A stretch of 64,000 nt of DNA from Epiperipatus broadwayi (taxonomy: Eukaryota; Animalia; Onychophora): positions 14,756,001 to 14,820,000 of the forward strand of contig JAQFVV010000006.1 of assembly GCA_028023455.1 (NCBI GenBank), in the 5' to 3' direction. Below the pieces are notes generated by a model. That model saw nothing but the letters and a program-made list of their open reading frames with translations. It made no database searches and was not told where the DNA came from. Positions 48,925 through 61,820 of the stretch are shown piece by piece. Each line of letters opens with the position of its first letter. Position 1 is the stretch's first letter. The position numbers were made by a program, and so were the translations under genes.

Positions 48925-51095
48925 CTGAAATATAGAACGTTAACTTTTCCAGTTGTCTTTTGGAAATAGGAAGTGTTTTTATTTTTCTGGAAAATATGTA
49001 TTTGGTACGTAAACACTACATATATACGATTTCGCTGATGGAACTGATTATTAGTTCAATTTTTATGCGAATGTATGTTGGCTTATGTTTGAAATATATG
49101 TGTACACACAAACTGCGCATGAACACACATATGCCAGATCATTTCTAGTGAGTAAAGTGCCTTCATGCGAATTATTTTTTTTTGATATAGCTTATCTAGA
49201 ATAATTTTTGATTTTTCAAGTTGCTTAATTTCACATCCATTCTTTCTGTGATAGAATTCATCTACCTCGTTGCAGGTTGGCCTCTAGAATGTATCTATCT
49301 TGTTCCAGGTTGGCCTCTTCTTTCACCATCAATCTCTATTCATTCCTTTTCTTTTTTGACTAATATTTCCAAGCATTTATATACCTTCATAATGAATTAA
49401 AAATCTTATATAATAATCCCAAAATAGTGGTTTCAGTCTGGTTATTTGTCTTTCAAACCCAAGTTCAGGTTTATCTGAATAATTATACGTTTCAATCTGA
49501 ATAATTATCCGTTTCTTTATTTTCTCACAAAAGTTCAATATCAAATTTCTAAATAGAAGAAGCATAAAATTGACAAAATTCTATCAGAAACTTAGTATTT
49601 TAATGTTCTTTGACCGCCTTCTGTATTCTTTCACATAGACTTGATATATTATTACTAAAAGAAATACTATTAAAAATTGTGTTGGTAGAAAGGAAGGAAT
49701 GGTAGAAGCTGATTGGATTTGACTTATATATAGGACGTATATGCGCAATGATTTCCCAAATTTATTGAAAATGAATTGGTTATCTTCTATTAATTCTGTT
49801 TAGTATATTTGCCCTAATGGAGAAATCATAACCCAGATGGATAAAGAAATAGAAAAATCAAAATTTTATTACTATACTTATTTGACTGACAGAAATTTCA
49901 ACACTAAAGAAAGGAAACTTTCATCTATCACATGCTTGAACATTTATTCTATTACAAATACTAAAATGGGTAACAGGGATTCATAGTAAAAACAGTAGCA
50001 AACAGTACTGCCTTTTGTTATATTAATGAATCATCTGTTTTAACATACAAAGAATGATAAAGTTAATCTTTTATCTGACAAAATAGCATTGATATAACAA
50101 AAGGTGGCGCTGTTTGCAAGTTTATTTAAATGATTCTTTAGGAATGGAGCTTATGAATTTCTGTGAATAGATTTATATTCTTAGCATTACATATCTGATA
50201 AGTTGGAAGATTATTTGTATGCTCCTTAAAAATCATTAGTACTTCCTGAGGATGTGTACATGTGAATCATCAGAAGAAACACCATCTGGGTTTCTACTAT
50301 AATATATATATAATAAATACATGTATAGTGTTTATATTTTATGCTAGCTGCAATTAGAGGGAATTTGAACCCGGACTGATTGTATATATGTGTGAGAGGT
50401 GATGGTCCGACCAGCTGATAGGTGCTGGTTCGGCATGAGATGCATGTATTGGAGATCATTGGTGTTTTTCGTAGGTGTGTGGTCATGCATATTAGTTGTG
50501 CATGATGGGGTGGGTGGCTTAAAAGAGCTTGAATGACTGGATTCAAACCCCCTCTAATTATATATATTGAGGAAATTTAATGTGGAGAAAAATCAACAGG
50601 ATTAATCATGTTTTGAGGCAAAGAAATTATGAAAAAGTACATTAGTAGAACTGTGGAAATAAATAAGAAATAAATTGCTAGTTGAAGGGGAGTATTTGTA
50701 ATTATTTTAAAAGTTGAGCAAGGGATAGAATGATTCAGAAAAGGTGGTCAAGTTTTGGAGAGCAAGACTAGCCTTTTGACTGATACCCTATGATAATACA
50801 ATGATGTCAGTGAAGTTCCAAACAAGGTTTTGAATAAGAATAATGAAACATCCAATTGGGAATATAGCCTAGCAGTTGAAAATGATTAAAAATGAAAGGA
50901 AGGAACTGATTTTGCACTTTTTTTCTTACCACAGTTCTGCCATCTAGTATTAGCATTACTAATCAATAGATGCCTGATTCATTCATTGTATAAACTGAAG
51001 TCAGATGAAGTCTTGGGATACTGTCCCTTTTGTTGTGAAGATGTTTTAAAGAAAATTAACATTTCCTAGTAGTAATAAATTGGCTTTTTTTTCAT

Positions 51096-51175
51096 GTGTC
51101 ATAGCATCGGCCGGGAAGCGAATCCGCTAACCCAGGACAACTGCTTGTAAGGCAGCTGTGCTGACCACCACTTTA
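51096..51175 (-). mobile_element. tRNA-derived short SINE, same family
   Basis: Homolog with anticodon arm GCTGC-CTTACAA-GCAGT and the same ATGACAC 3' end. Confidence 0.75.
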
Positions 51176-52084
51176 CGCAGGACATTGGATTGCACTGAAG
51201 CAAGACTCAGGAGTGGATTTTGTATTGTGGATCATTAATAAATGAGACAATTCATATTTTAGATAAAGCAAGTTTTTGTTATGTGTAATTTTCATTGGCA
51301 TGTTAGATCTTTACATCCATTGACTACTTCAGCCAAACGGATATTGGAAATTATTAAGAACATCACTTAAAGTTATTGGAAATTTCTGAAAAACTCATGA
51401 TAAAGGAAACTCAATACCAAGTAATTACAATTTTGCCAAATTGATTTTTGACTTTGAAAGTTTTTAATGATTTAAAAATTTTAATTCTAATCACATACGT
51501 TCATTGTCCTGTGCAGTTTGATACTGTATGAGAGTATATCAGACTTTTAGAGTTCAAAGTTCATGGAACTTGGCACTGTTGTGTCATTTCCAGGGCTCAA
51601 ACTTCTTTATGAACTCCTGAGCATGATCTTCTCAAAAGTCCACCAATCGTAAATGTCAGTACTTTTATCCTTATCAATTGCCGAACTTTGGATATCAAGT
51701 TGGATAAGATATATTCATTATTGAAATGATGGACTCTATTTATTTTATAGTTGAGCATCCATTTCTTCTTTCACCATCAAGTTTTCAGAGCATTGTATAT
51801 TCTTTCTGATGAATTAATTAATCTTATAGTAGGATTAGAGTAAAACAATTTCAAACTGGATTTGAGTTTCATGGGAGATTTGAAATCTAATCAAATATCT
51901 ATTGTATTACCTTTTTATCTTTACCGTTTTAAATAATAAATCAGTATCAAATTTTATGGTTATTCTTTATTGACGTAGGATTTTTACGGAATATTTTTGT
52001 TTTAATAAATATTGTAAGCAACAGTATATTAATTTCAAATAAATTGATAAATAATGAATTTTTACACAAAATACTATATTGGCA

Positions 52085-52193
52085 GTCTTGCATTGGTGGT
52101 CGAGAGGTGAGAGCGACTGCCTTGCACTTGCAGGCAGTTGCCTGGGTTGTGGGTTTGCGTCCCAGCCGATGCTATGACACAAAAAAAAAATAA
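52085..52193 (+). mobile_element. tRNA-derived short SINE
   Basis: 7-bp acceptor stem GCATTGG/CCGATGC, A- and B-box-like motifs, ATGACAC plus A-rich tail. 17-bp TSD AAAATACTATATTGGCA at 52068-52084 and 52194-52210. Confidence 0.85.
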
Positions 52194-52346
52194 AAAATAC
52201 TATATTGGCAATCGTGTATCTTTTTCGCATGTGTGTGCCCATGTGTATCGGTTGCTCAAGATGGATTGGAGGATGAATAGACTGAAAAATGCTGAGTTCA
52301 AATCCCTCTATTTGCATATATAAGAAACATTCAGTATAAGTAAATT

Positions 52347-52507
52347 AAACCACATCACATGATCACTATCTCATACTAGCACATAATTGTTATTAAACTA
52401 TTCAAAACAAAGCAAAACTCTCCATATAGTTGTGCATCCATTGATTGCTCTTGTTAGCGCAAGATGGCACTACTATATGGAGAGTTTTGCTTTGTTTTGA
52501 ATAGTTT
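52347..52507. mobile_element. Ribozyme-less miniature fold-back derivative of family A
   Basis: Both family A termini joined as a hairpin. 12-bp TSD TATAAGTAAATT at 52335-52346 and 52508-52519. Confidence 0.8.
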
Positions 52508-53500
52508 TATAAGTAAATTACATACTGCCTTAGAATTACAAAATCTGTTTAATACCTTCTTCATTTTTAAAATAGTAATCTGATTAAATATGATAGATTA
52601 ATTCTTTAACATGTTCTAATTCAACTTTTAAACAAATATAGTCCAACCCAAATATAAAATATGGCATTTATATTTGTTTTATTAGGAAAAAAACTAACAA
52701 TTTATATTCTACATAATAGGCTGCTATAATAAATTGGTTTATCAAAAGATTATCTCTTATATAATCCTTTTGTTGCTACTTACAATGAAAATCATACATT
52801 TAGGTATTAATCCACTTCAGACCCCACGGTATAGAACAAATTGTCATGTAAATCAACAATTTAAATAGGAAAAATATAATATATAATCAAAAAATGTAAA
52901 ACTATATATAAAATTAATTGCAGTATAAAATAAAAATGTAAATGAACTTACCCTCATAAAAATCCACAGACTTTTGATTTAGTCATACATATTCAGAGCT
53001 TATGCTTTCTTGCTTAGAAATTATTCTGATATTGATCTATGTTCTATCTCTATTTTCAACCTCAGTGAAAATTGAAATGATTTTCTATCAACAAAATGAA
53101 ATTGTTGTAATAAAACTCGCTCTACTTCTTTGCTTGAAAGTTTTTTTGACAGTGTGTTGCACGTTAACCAATGATATTTGTTGTAGTATTTTAAACATTT
53201 TTACAGCTTGTTTTTTTTTTAATTTTTTCTTGATACTACGCTCTAATTCTGCTGTCTGCATCATCATGTAAATTAAAAATCAATTGCCTAAAAGGAAAAC
53301 AATTGCTAATAAAAAAATCGCTTTTGCTTTATTGCTTATAACTTTATTTATTTATTTGTTTATTTTTGATAGCATTATTCAGCATTCTCTGTTTTTCAGA
53401 AAAGACCGGAAACATCTTGTATATACCTTTCCTCTACTTACGAATAATATTTATTGTAGTATTTTTATTCATTGATAGTTCTATATATATATATTTTTAA

Positions 53501-53592
53501 GTGTCATAGCATTGGCTGGGACGCGAACCCACAACCCGGACAACTGCTTGCAAGTGCAAGGCAGTCGTGCTGACCTTTCGACCACCATTGTT
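53501..53592 (-). mobile_element. tRNA-derived short SINE, same family
   Basis: Reverse-complement homolog of 52090-52180, with B box GGTTCGCGTCC. Confidence 0.82.
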
Positions 53593-55379
53593 TGGAAAAT
53601 AGTTTTTTAATTCCAATGTTCAGGCTTCTAACTAAATCATTATATGTACCCAGCAGAATAAATTAAAAATGATAATTAAAATATAATGCTTTGCTTAATT
53701 TAGTGCAATGATAGTGTATCAGACTTTTCATCTAAGATTTCTGGGTCAATTCCAGTTCTGATACTTCCTGCTCTCCAACTTTTTACGAACTCCCAAGCAA
53801 TAAAGACATTCGATGACTTAATATTATTAAAAATGATAATAACTGCAGTATATTTTCACTTATTAAAATGAACAAATAGAAAACTAAAGTGATAATTTAA
53901 GTCTTATAAGAAATGACAAAGATGTCTCCGTCGTTGTAACATCTGCCTTCATTGCACAAATCTTAATTTAGTTAGAGAAAGTGTTTAATATTCAATTTGT
54001 TCACAGTTAGAAGCCTTTGTTGTTGACCTCGTATTTTCTACAAAATTATTTGAAACTACCGGTAATGCCTTTTAATTACGATAGAGTTTATCATCTTCAT
54101 TCTGTTTGACACTTTGGAGGATTATTCGATTAAAATACACATACATGCACAAAAATAAAATCATAAATACTGATAAATATACCAACATTTTATGTTTTCT
54201 CAGTTTATGCATATTCTTTCAAGAGGAGCTCTTTTCACTCAATTCTAGGGCTATTTAGAGTAAGCTTGAGTAATCGTTGGATACCAGATCATATAGTGCT
54301 ATAATATGCACATGTCCAGATTAGTTTCTTGCTTGTGCCTTATGAATTGAATTTCAGGTTATAATGATTGAATAATATAAAAAAATAAATTGGATGCTAG
54401 GTGTATAAGTTTATTAGTTCCAAGTTTGAATCTGATATCCTCACTTATGAAGGCAAAAGTCAAAAACAAATCTGGCGATTTGTATACTATAGCACTAATC
54501 TATCTGATATCCAATGATTACTTAAACTTGTAGCAAATGACTCTAAATAGAGTAAAGGAAATTATGAAGAATATGGGTAAGCTCAGAAAAGTATATATTA
54601 AAAATATAAAAAAATAATAGTAAAGGAACACTATTCTGGAAAGATTAAATTTCATAAAATATTATTTCTAAGCATTGCTTTCACCTAACTTGGTCATATT
54701 CATACAACTACTATATTAAAGTTGTTTGCACTGAGCGCAATGATCGAAAAAGGAACTATAATGAGGCATGGTTTATAAATCTATATAAACGTATAATAGT
54801 TCTACGAATATGACCTACCTAGGCTAAAGCAATGCGTAGAAATAATATTTATTATATTTGTAATCTTTCCGGAATAATTTACCTTTACTATTATTTTTTT
54901 ATATTTAAATTAAGGAAAGAAATATTATATTGAGTTATATGATATTGTTTTTTGTATTAGTCTTCCTAGCCAAAAGGTTGAATAGGACTATAATTGTATC
55001 TATATTTGTTTTATTTTTATGTTAATTATGTCTTATTGCAAATATTTTTTTAAGTAAATCATATCAGAAATAAGTGTGTATGATAAAAATGTATGTTAAT
55101 TAGAGTTTTTGTTATTATATGTGAATTCAAAGGTTTGTGTAAAGGCTTGGAACTGAATTGCCTCGAATACGAATGGAGACCTTTATATATGTGTATAAGG
55201 AAAATTAATGCAGTCAAGAAAATCAGTCTCATAACTCAGGTCTATGTTTCAAATATATGTCATCCTTCTACTAAAGTTACTATTAAATATTGCATTTTTT
55301 TACTATTAATTACCCTAGTGGAAGGATAGATTGCTGTTCTGTATTATTTTTTATTTACGTTTGGTCTCTTAGTTTCTGC

Positions 55380-56340
55380 TAAATAATTTGACATGTAAAA
55401 ATATTTTATAAATGTATTAAATAAGCTCCACACCAACATACATATGAATAAATCTACATCAGTTGGCCCACTCAGGTACTTTTATTATATGTTCAGTATT
55501 TATCAATAGTAAATTTCTACCTTTTGATTGACAGATGTCAAACTCATTCCACCCACAACTTTGATACCATCCATTCTAGATAAATACAGTAATGATTATC
55601 ACCAGTCAGCTATTAAACTAGAGATTGTCTTTAGCCCAGATATAAACTTTAAACCTCAGTTAAAGATTAATATATCTGATTTATTTAATTAAACACAAAC
55701 TTACTATGTTATTCGCATTTCTTTTTCCCATGTGTAATATTCTTTATAATACGAATTAACCTCTAAACCTGCCCCCAAGATGCATTTCATACTGAATTAC
55801 CACTCATCAGTTGGCCCAGGTTATCATCTCATATGTAAAATATTTAACAATAGTAAAATTGTTACATTTTGATTTACAAGTATTAAACTTAATCCATCCA
55901 CAACTTTGACATCACCCACTGTAGATAAATGCAGTAATGATGATCGCTAACAGTTATTAAACTAGAGATGGTCTCTAGTGCAGATATAAACTTTAAACTT
56001 CAGTTAAATATTTATATATCTGATTTTTTAATTAAGGGCACACACATATATGGAGTTATTCATATTTCTTTCCCATGTGTAATATCTTTTATAATGTGAA
56101 TTAAACAATCTCCACACATTCTTTTGAAATCATATGAATAAAGATATAATAAAAGATAAATACCCCCCCCCCCCCAGGTGCATCTTGTGTTCATCAGTTG
56201 ACTCAGGTCACCATCTCCGGATAGATATCTTTATCATATGTGTAGTACTTTTCAATAATCGATTGTCACATTTTGATTGGCAAGTGTTTGAAATTTCTAT
56301 TTTTAGAATATGCGTTGCATAACAATTCTTTTTTAAAAAC
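55380..56340 (-). repeat. Tandem array (about 2.5 units, 350-390 bp) of a family C HHR-bearing unit
   Basis: CATCAGTTG core recurs near 55457, 55805 and 56192 with homologous spacers. A spacer homolog also lies at about 4680-4850. Confidence 0.78.
55775..55814 (-). ncRNA. Hammerhead ribozyme, family C, core intact with weak stem II
   Basis: CCAA-CUGAUGA-GUGGUAAUUCAGUAU-GAAAUGCAUC-UUGG. Confidence 0.7.
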
Positions 56341-56974
56341 TGATAATTTTTATTACTTTGAAAGTATAATCTTAAAAATGTTATGTAGATTTACTCGCGA
56401 AGGAACTATTTACAACTCATAACAAAGAGACACTATTTTTATATATATGGAAAGTTGTGGATATATAATACACTTAGAGACCGGGGTGTAATTAAAAACT
56501 TAAAATGTTTGTTGAAATTAATTTTCATTTCTAAAATCGAACATGTGATTCCAGTATAGGAATTATTTGAAATATAACGAGTATATATTTTCTAAACATT
56601 GCATCATTTTCTCTTTTCTTGTTATAGGCATTTAGGAGCAGAAATTCCCTCTCTTCTGGAGCCACCCATTGTTAGCTTAAATAATCAATGGCATTAGATG
56701 ATAGCACTATTATAAATATATCACCATTCTACTTTCTGATTTATGGACTATTTAATGAGTACTAAACAAGGCCTGGGTTTGAACTCGTAGGCTGTTTTTG
56801 ATTTTCATCTTGGGGATGATCACTACATGTAAAATTCCTCATTGAAAAAGGCTATGCACTAGAAACTGATCCGGAGGTTTTAATAATTTTTATAATGAAT
56901 AAATTATGTGGTGTTAATTCCCTATCTATATATACTGAGCAAGAATAAGGACGTGTAAGAGAATGTGATCTGGG

Positions 56975-57016
56975 CCAACTGATGAATGCTGGTTCAGCGC
57001 GAAATGTGCATCTTGG
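56975..57016 (+). ncRNA. Hammerhead ribozyme, family C, near intact
   Basis: CCAA-CUGAUGA-AUGCUG GUU CAGCGC-GAAAUGUGCAUC-UUGG. A-C mismatch at the first pair of stem II. Confidence 0.78.
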
Positions 57017-58894
57017 GGATTTTACATCTTTTTAACATGTTTGGTAATATGTTTATAATTACACACTCTTCCACAAGATGTTAAGGTGGCTAGAAACTAG
57101 TTCCCACCTTGTGATAGAGTTGGGTAGTGAAAATTACACTACAGAAATATTAATCTGGGAATGTTTGCACAATAGCAATAAGCTCACACTAGATGGCTCT
57201 GAAATAGAACGATGGATTTCTGCTCCTAATGCAGATGTTAAAAGTAAGAAGAGTGTGTTTTTTGATGTTTACAATAGGTTGTTTTGCAATAATATAAATA
57301 AAATGAATTATTGTTCCTAAAGCATGAAATTTACGTTTAAACTTTGGAATTAAAACAAGATGTAAATTTGTCATTTGGATGAGGCGGTAATTATGATAAA
57401 AAAATCTTGAGAAAAACTCATAATTATTTTTTTTAAGTAATTTCAAAAGTTTAATTTATCTTCTTTATTCACTAAAAAGGAGTTTTATTTTTAAGGTTTC
57501 TTAAATTCTCATGTTTAACATAAATTAGGAAATACATTTTCATATTAATGCTTATTTAAATATCTCTAAAATAGTATTATGTTTTACATTGATTTCCTCT
57601 CACGATAACCAACTCTGGTTGATCTCTTACATTTTTATTGCAGTACAATAAAGAACCCAAAAACTTTTTAAAATGGAAAATGTTGGTTTAAAAAAATATA
57701 TAATTAAATCAAAACCTATCCTTGCTGCATCTAGATTTTTACATTTTTTAAAGTAGCAACCAAGAGGTTTTTCTGTTTTAAATATTGTGTATTTTAATGT
57801 AGAACAATATATCTTTTCAAAATAAAGTATAAACTAAATGAAAAATGAATTTTTTCATCTGATTGCCAATATCTTTTGTAGATAGCAGACTTCATATTTC
57901 GTAGTGGTGAAAGACCACATCAGCTGTATTTAGCAAAGCCAATTTTTACAGTTTATTTTTTCTGATTATATTTAGCGTTTTGCAATGGTGCAAAATGGTA
58001 AGATTGTGTATTGTATTATTTACAATAGTAGAATATATAAAAGTGAAGGATGCTTTTGATCAGAACAAATGAACATTTGAAAATTATCACCGGAAGGTTT
58101 AATGCCAAAATTGATAATTGATTGAAAGATGAAAGTGCTGGGAGTAAATTTGGTTATTGTGATACAAATGAAAACAACATATACTTGAGGAGTTGCAGAA
58201 AAAAAAAATGACAACCGCATGTTATGGAATCTTTCTTTGAGAAAAATGCTAAATGAAAATAGACATGGAAACATCTAAATGAATGTCCAGCAGGGTTGGA
58301 ATATATTTTGACCAACAAATAGTATCTATTTAAAGGTGGTAATATATTTAATAAGTTCCACACAGAAAGTGTCAGTGGATGGAAGCTACATATTAATTCA
58401 AAACTAGAGAGACATAAAGTATTAAGAAAGTCGGTATTAACAATTGATATGTCTAATCTTTGGAAAACACTTCATTGAATTTAAATTAGAACTTGCAAAT
58501 CATTTTAAAATATTAACAGATTTTGAAAGTGACTCAGACTTGAATGAAATCAATAAGAAGATAAGTGATACTCCATTAAGAATTGCAGCAAAGATAGTTA
58601 ATACAAAAAAAGCAATAACCAACCAATAAAATTTCTACTGAAACAAAATAATGTATGAAGAAAAGAAGGAATATGGAAAATTATTATAGTCCATTAATAA
58701 AAATAGAATACCAAGAGATTTGTAGAATAGTATGAAAAAGTGTTAATAATGATATAAGAAATATAATCATACATGTCAGAGAAAGTTATAGAAGAGAATA
58801 AGCCTTCAAAGTAACAGGCAACACCCTAGCTTTGCAAGAAAAATTATTTCAGAAATAAGAAGAAAAAATTAACTATTATTAAAAAGAGGAATAA

Positions 58895-59223
58895 TAAACC
58901 ACTAAACATCACATGATCACCTTTTCTGTATGCTTACACAAGCTGTTAAAATATTAGCAAATTCCAAACAATAGTGCCACCTAATGCAATCCATAGTAAT
59001 TAATGGATGCAAGAAGATTTTTGCATAAAATCCCATCTAGTGACTATTCATCCAATATCCCATATCCAAGGCTCCTCATTGATGAAAGCCACAAGCTTGA
59101 AACTAGTCTGGGGATATTAGATGAGTAAGCACTAGATGGGATTTTATGCACAAATCTTCATGCATCCATTGAGTACTATGGCTTGCACTAAGTAGCACTA
59201 CTGTTTAGAGAATTTGCTACTGC
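58895..59223. mobile_element. Family A fold-back copy nested in an RTE LINE
   Basis: Minus arm 58895-59062 and plus arm with HHR 59073-59114. Interrupts the RTE ORF relic between the endonuclease and RT regions. Confidence 0.82.
59073..59114 (+). ncRNA. Hammerhead ribozyme, family A, C3U variant
   Basis: UCCUCA-UUGAUGA-AAGC CACAA GCUU-GAAAC UA GUC-UGGGGA. Stem II is 4 bp; the core has C3 to U. Confidence 0.72.
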
Positions 59224-60971
59224 TAAAAAGAAGGATAACATCAGTAAATGTGCGGAAGACTTTTATAAGAATTATAATAAAGAGCAAGAAAACAAAGTGT
59301 CCTCTATAATTACTATGTCCATTGAATTTTCAAGTATTTTAAATGAAGAGGTAGATGCAATTAAATCTATGAAGAAGGGAAAAGTTCCAGGTAATGATGG
59401 AATTATAATTGATATCTTAAAAGAAGCATGTGAAGAAATTAATTTTTTTTTTGGTTAAACTGTATATAAAATGTCTAAATGGTAAAGTTGTGCTAAATTA
59501 TTGAAAGAACGGAGTAGTAGCACTGATAAATTTAAGAAAAGTCATAATGAAGATAGTAGAAATTGTAAACCTATTTGTTTTATACAAAATCTGCATGATG
59601 ATAATTACAACTGGTCTGCAATAAACTTTGGATTCTAATCAATTTAAAGAAAAGTTAGAGAAAAAACTAATGAATATGAATTGCCATTATGGGTAGATTA
59701 TGAAAAGGCATTATATAAGCATTTCTTCAGAGATTAAAGCATTGGATCATCAAGATCACAGGATGTTGTCATATTCTGAAGAATAGTTATCAAAATGCAA
59801 CAGCAATGATTAGATTATGTAATACTATTAACAAGATCAACATTGAGAAAAATATGTCACAGAATGATTCCATATCTCCAAATCTTTTTACAGCAGTTTT
59901 ACAAGAAGTATCTTATGGATTAAAATGGGACACTCGGGAAATAAAAGTAAAGGGAGATTATTTAAGTCATTTATATTTTGCAGATGGTATAATTGTTTTT
60001 GCAAATAATGCTTCATAACTTTGGGAAATGTTGCAGGAGTTATCAGATGAAAGTAAGAAAATGGGACTAAAGGTAAATGCAAAAAAAACTAAAACGATGT
60101 TCAATGGATTTTTTCAAAAGCAAAAAAAAAATAAAGATTAGTAATTATAAATTGAAAGAAGTTAACAACTACAAGTAGCTTAGTCAGATTATTAGTATAG
60201 ATATGGAATATATAGATAAAATTAATCATACCATTAATATTGGATGGAATGGTTTTGATAGAAATAATATATTATTAAAAGGAAATATGCCTGTGTGTTT
60301 GAAAAATAATGTTTTTACTATATGTGGTTTGCCAATTCTTACCTATGGATTTAAAATTTGGACACTTAACAAAAGAGTAATGCATGGACTTCATACCATT
60401 TAAGGAAGCTTGGGGAGATGTAGTATATTAGGAATAATAAGAGATCAAAAATGAACTACATGAATGAGAGAACATATAGATATCACGACATCATTGAAAG
60501 AATATGAGAGATTGAAATGAATCGGAGTTGCTCATATTGCTAAAAGAGAAGGTAATAGATGAAGTGCAAAGACATGACCGATGTCACTAGAGGTTCATGA
60601 TAACTGGGCAAAGTATTAATCTAAGTTACTGAAGTCTGTAATATAAATAGATGTTCAATGCTTTTTCATTTATTCTATATTGCTTATATTCAGTGAATCT
60701 TTAAAAATATCACTTCTTTACCACATTTTACAATTGTATTTTAGATATCTGAAGAAAACTGCTAAACAGTCGAAACTATCGGATAATAAAAAGTATTATG
60801 AAAAATGCAGACAAGGGTGTGCTTTTTTAAAGAGATTTATTTAATTAATGTAAAAACTAGTTAAAAAATAAAATGAATAAAGAGCACAAGAAACTGAAAA
60901 GAAAAAAACAATATCTAATCTTCAATAAATCAGTATATTCTATAAGCAATAGAAAATAATATTCATTAATA

Positions 60972-61820
60972 CAGTAGCAACTTAATCTATACGATATTGC
61001 CACTTAGTGCAAGCTATAGTAATTAATGCATGCTAGAAGATTAATGCATCAAAATCCCTATCTACTGCATATTCATCCAATATCTCCAGACTAGTTTATG
61101 GCTTTCATTAATGGTGAACATTGGATTTGAGAGCACTGGAACTAATGTGTTTCTCTAGTAGCCGCTTTTTACCTTTTTAATTTACTATAAACCTATGAGC
61201 TCAAATTGGAAACAAGGTTTTCAATCCAAGTTAGTTCATTTGTACATTCATACAGATCTAAACCCAGTTCAGTACCTATACATTTTGGTGCTTTTGGCTT
61301 TTTAATAATCAACGTTCTTTGGCTAGGATTGGCACTAACCCATTATAATATCACACGATCACCATTTTTTACATTTACATACATAATACCAACTTTCTTC
61401 ATATAATACTGTCACCTAGTAGAAGGTATAGCAATCGGTGAACACTAGATGATTAGATCTGCATGACTTAACAAACAAATTAGCTTGGATTGAAAACATT
61501 ATTGTGTTTTCAGTTGGGACTCATAGCTTTATAGTTAACCAAAAAGGTAAAATGTGGCTAATGGAGGGATGCATTCGATTCAAAGATCTAGATGCAGTAC
61601 TCTCAGATCCAAGGCTTCACACTAATGAAAGCCATAAGCTAGAAATTAGTCTTGAGATATTGGATGAGTAAGTACTGGATAGGGACTTTAATACACAAAC
61701 TTTCGAGCATTTATTGATTACTATGGTTTGCAATAGATGGCACAATTGTATGGAGAAAGTTGATACAGTTTTAACAAATTGTGTTAAGAAATGGTGATCA
61801 TGTGATGTTATAGTGGTTTA
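60972..61820. mobile_element. Family A large decayed fold-back copy
   Basis: Minus arm about 60972-61420 and plus arm about 61460-61820 with HHR 61616-61657 (CUAAUGA, damaged). Confidence 0.8.

Larger units (their letters stand above)
58010..60570 (+). mobile_element. Long RTE LINE relic (endonuclease to RT to near the 3' end)
   Basis: IITGRFNAKI, EDFYKNY, KKGKVPGNDGI, DYEKA, SHLYFADGII and LPILTYG..WTLN. Interrupted by the family A insertion at 58895-59223. Confidence 0.88.
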
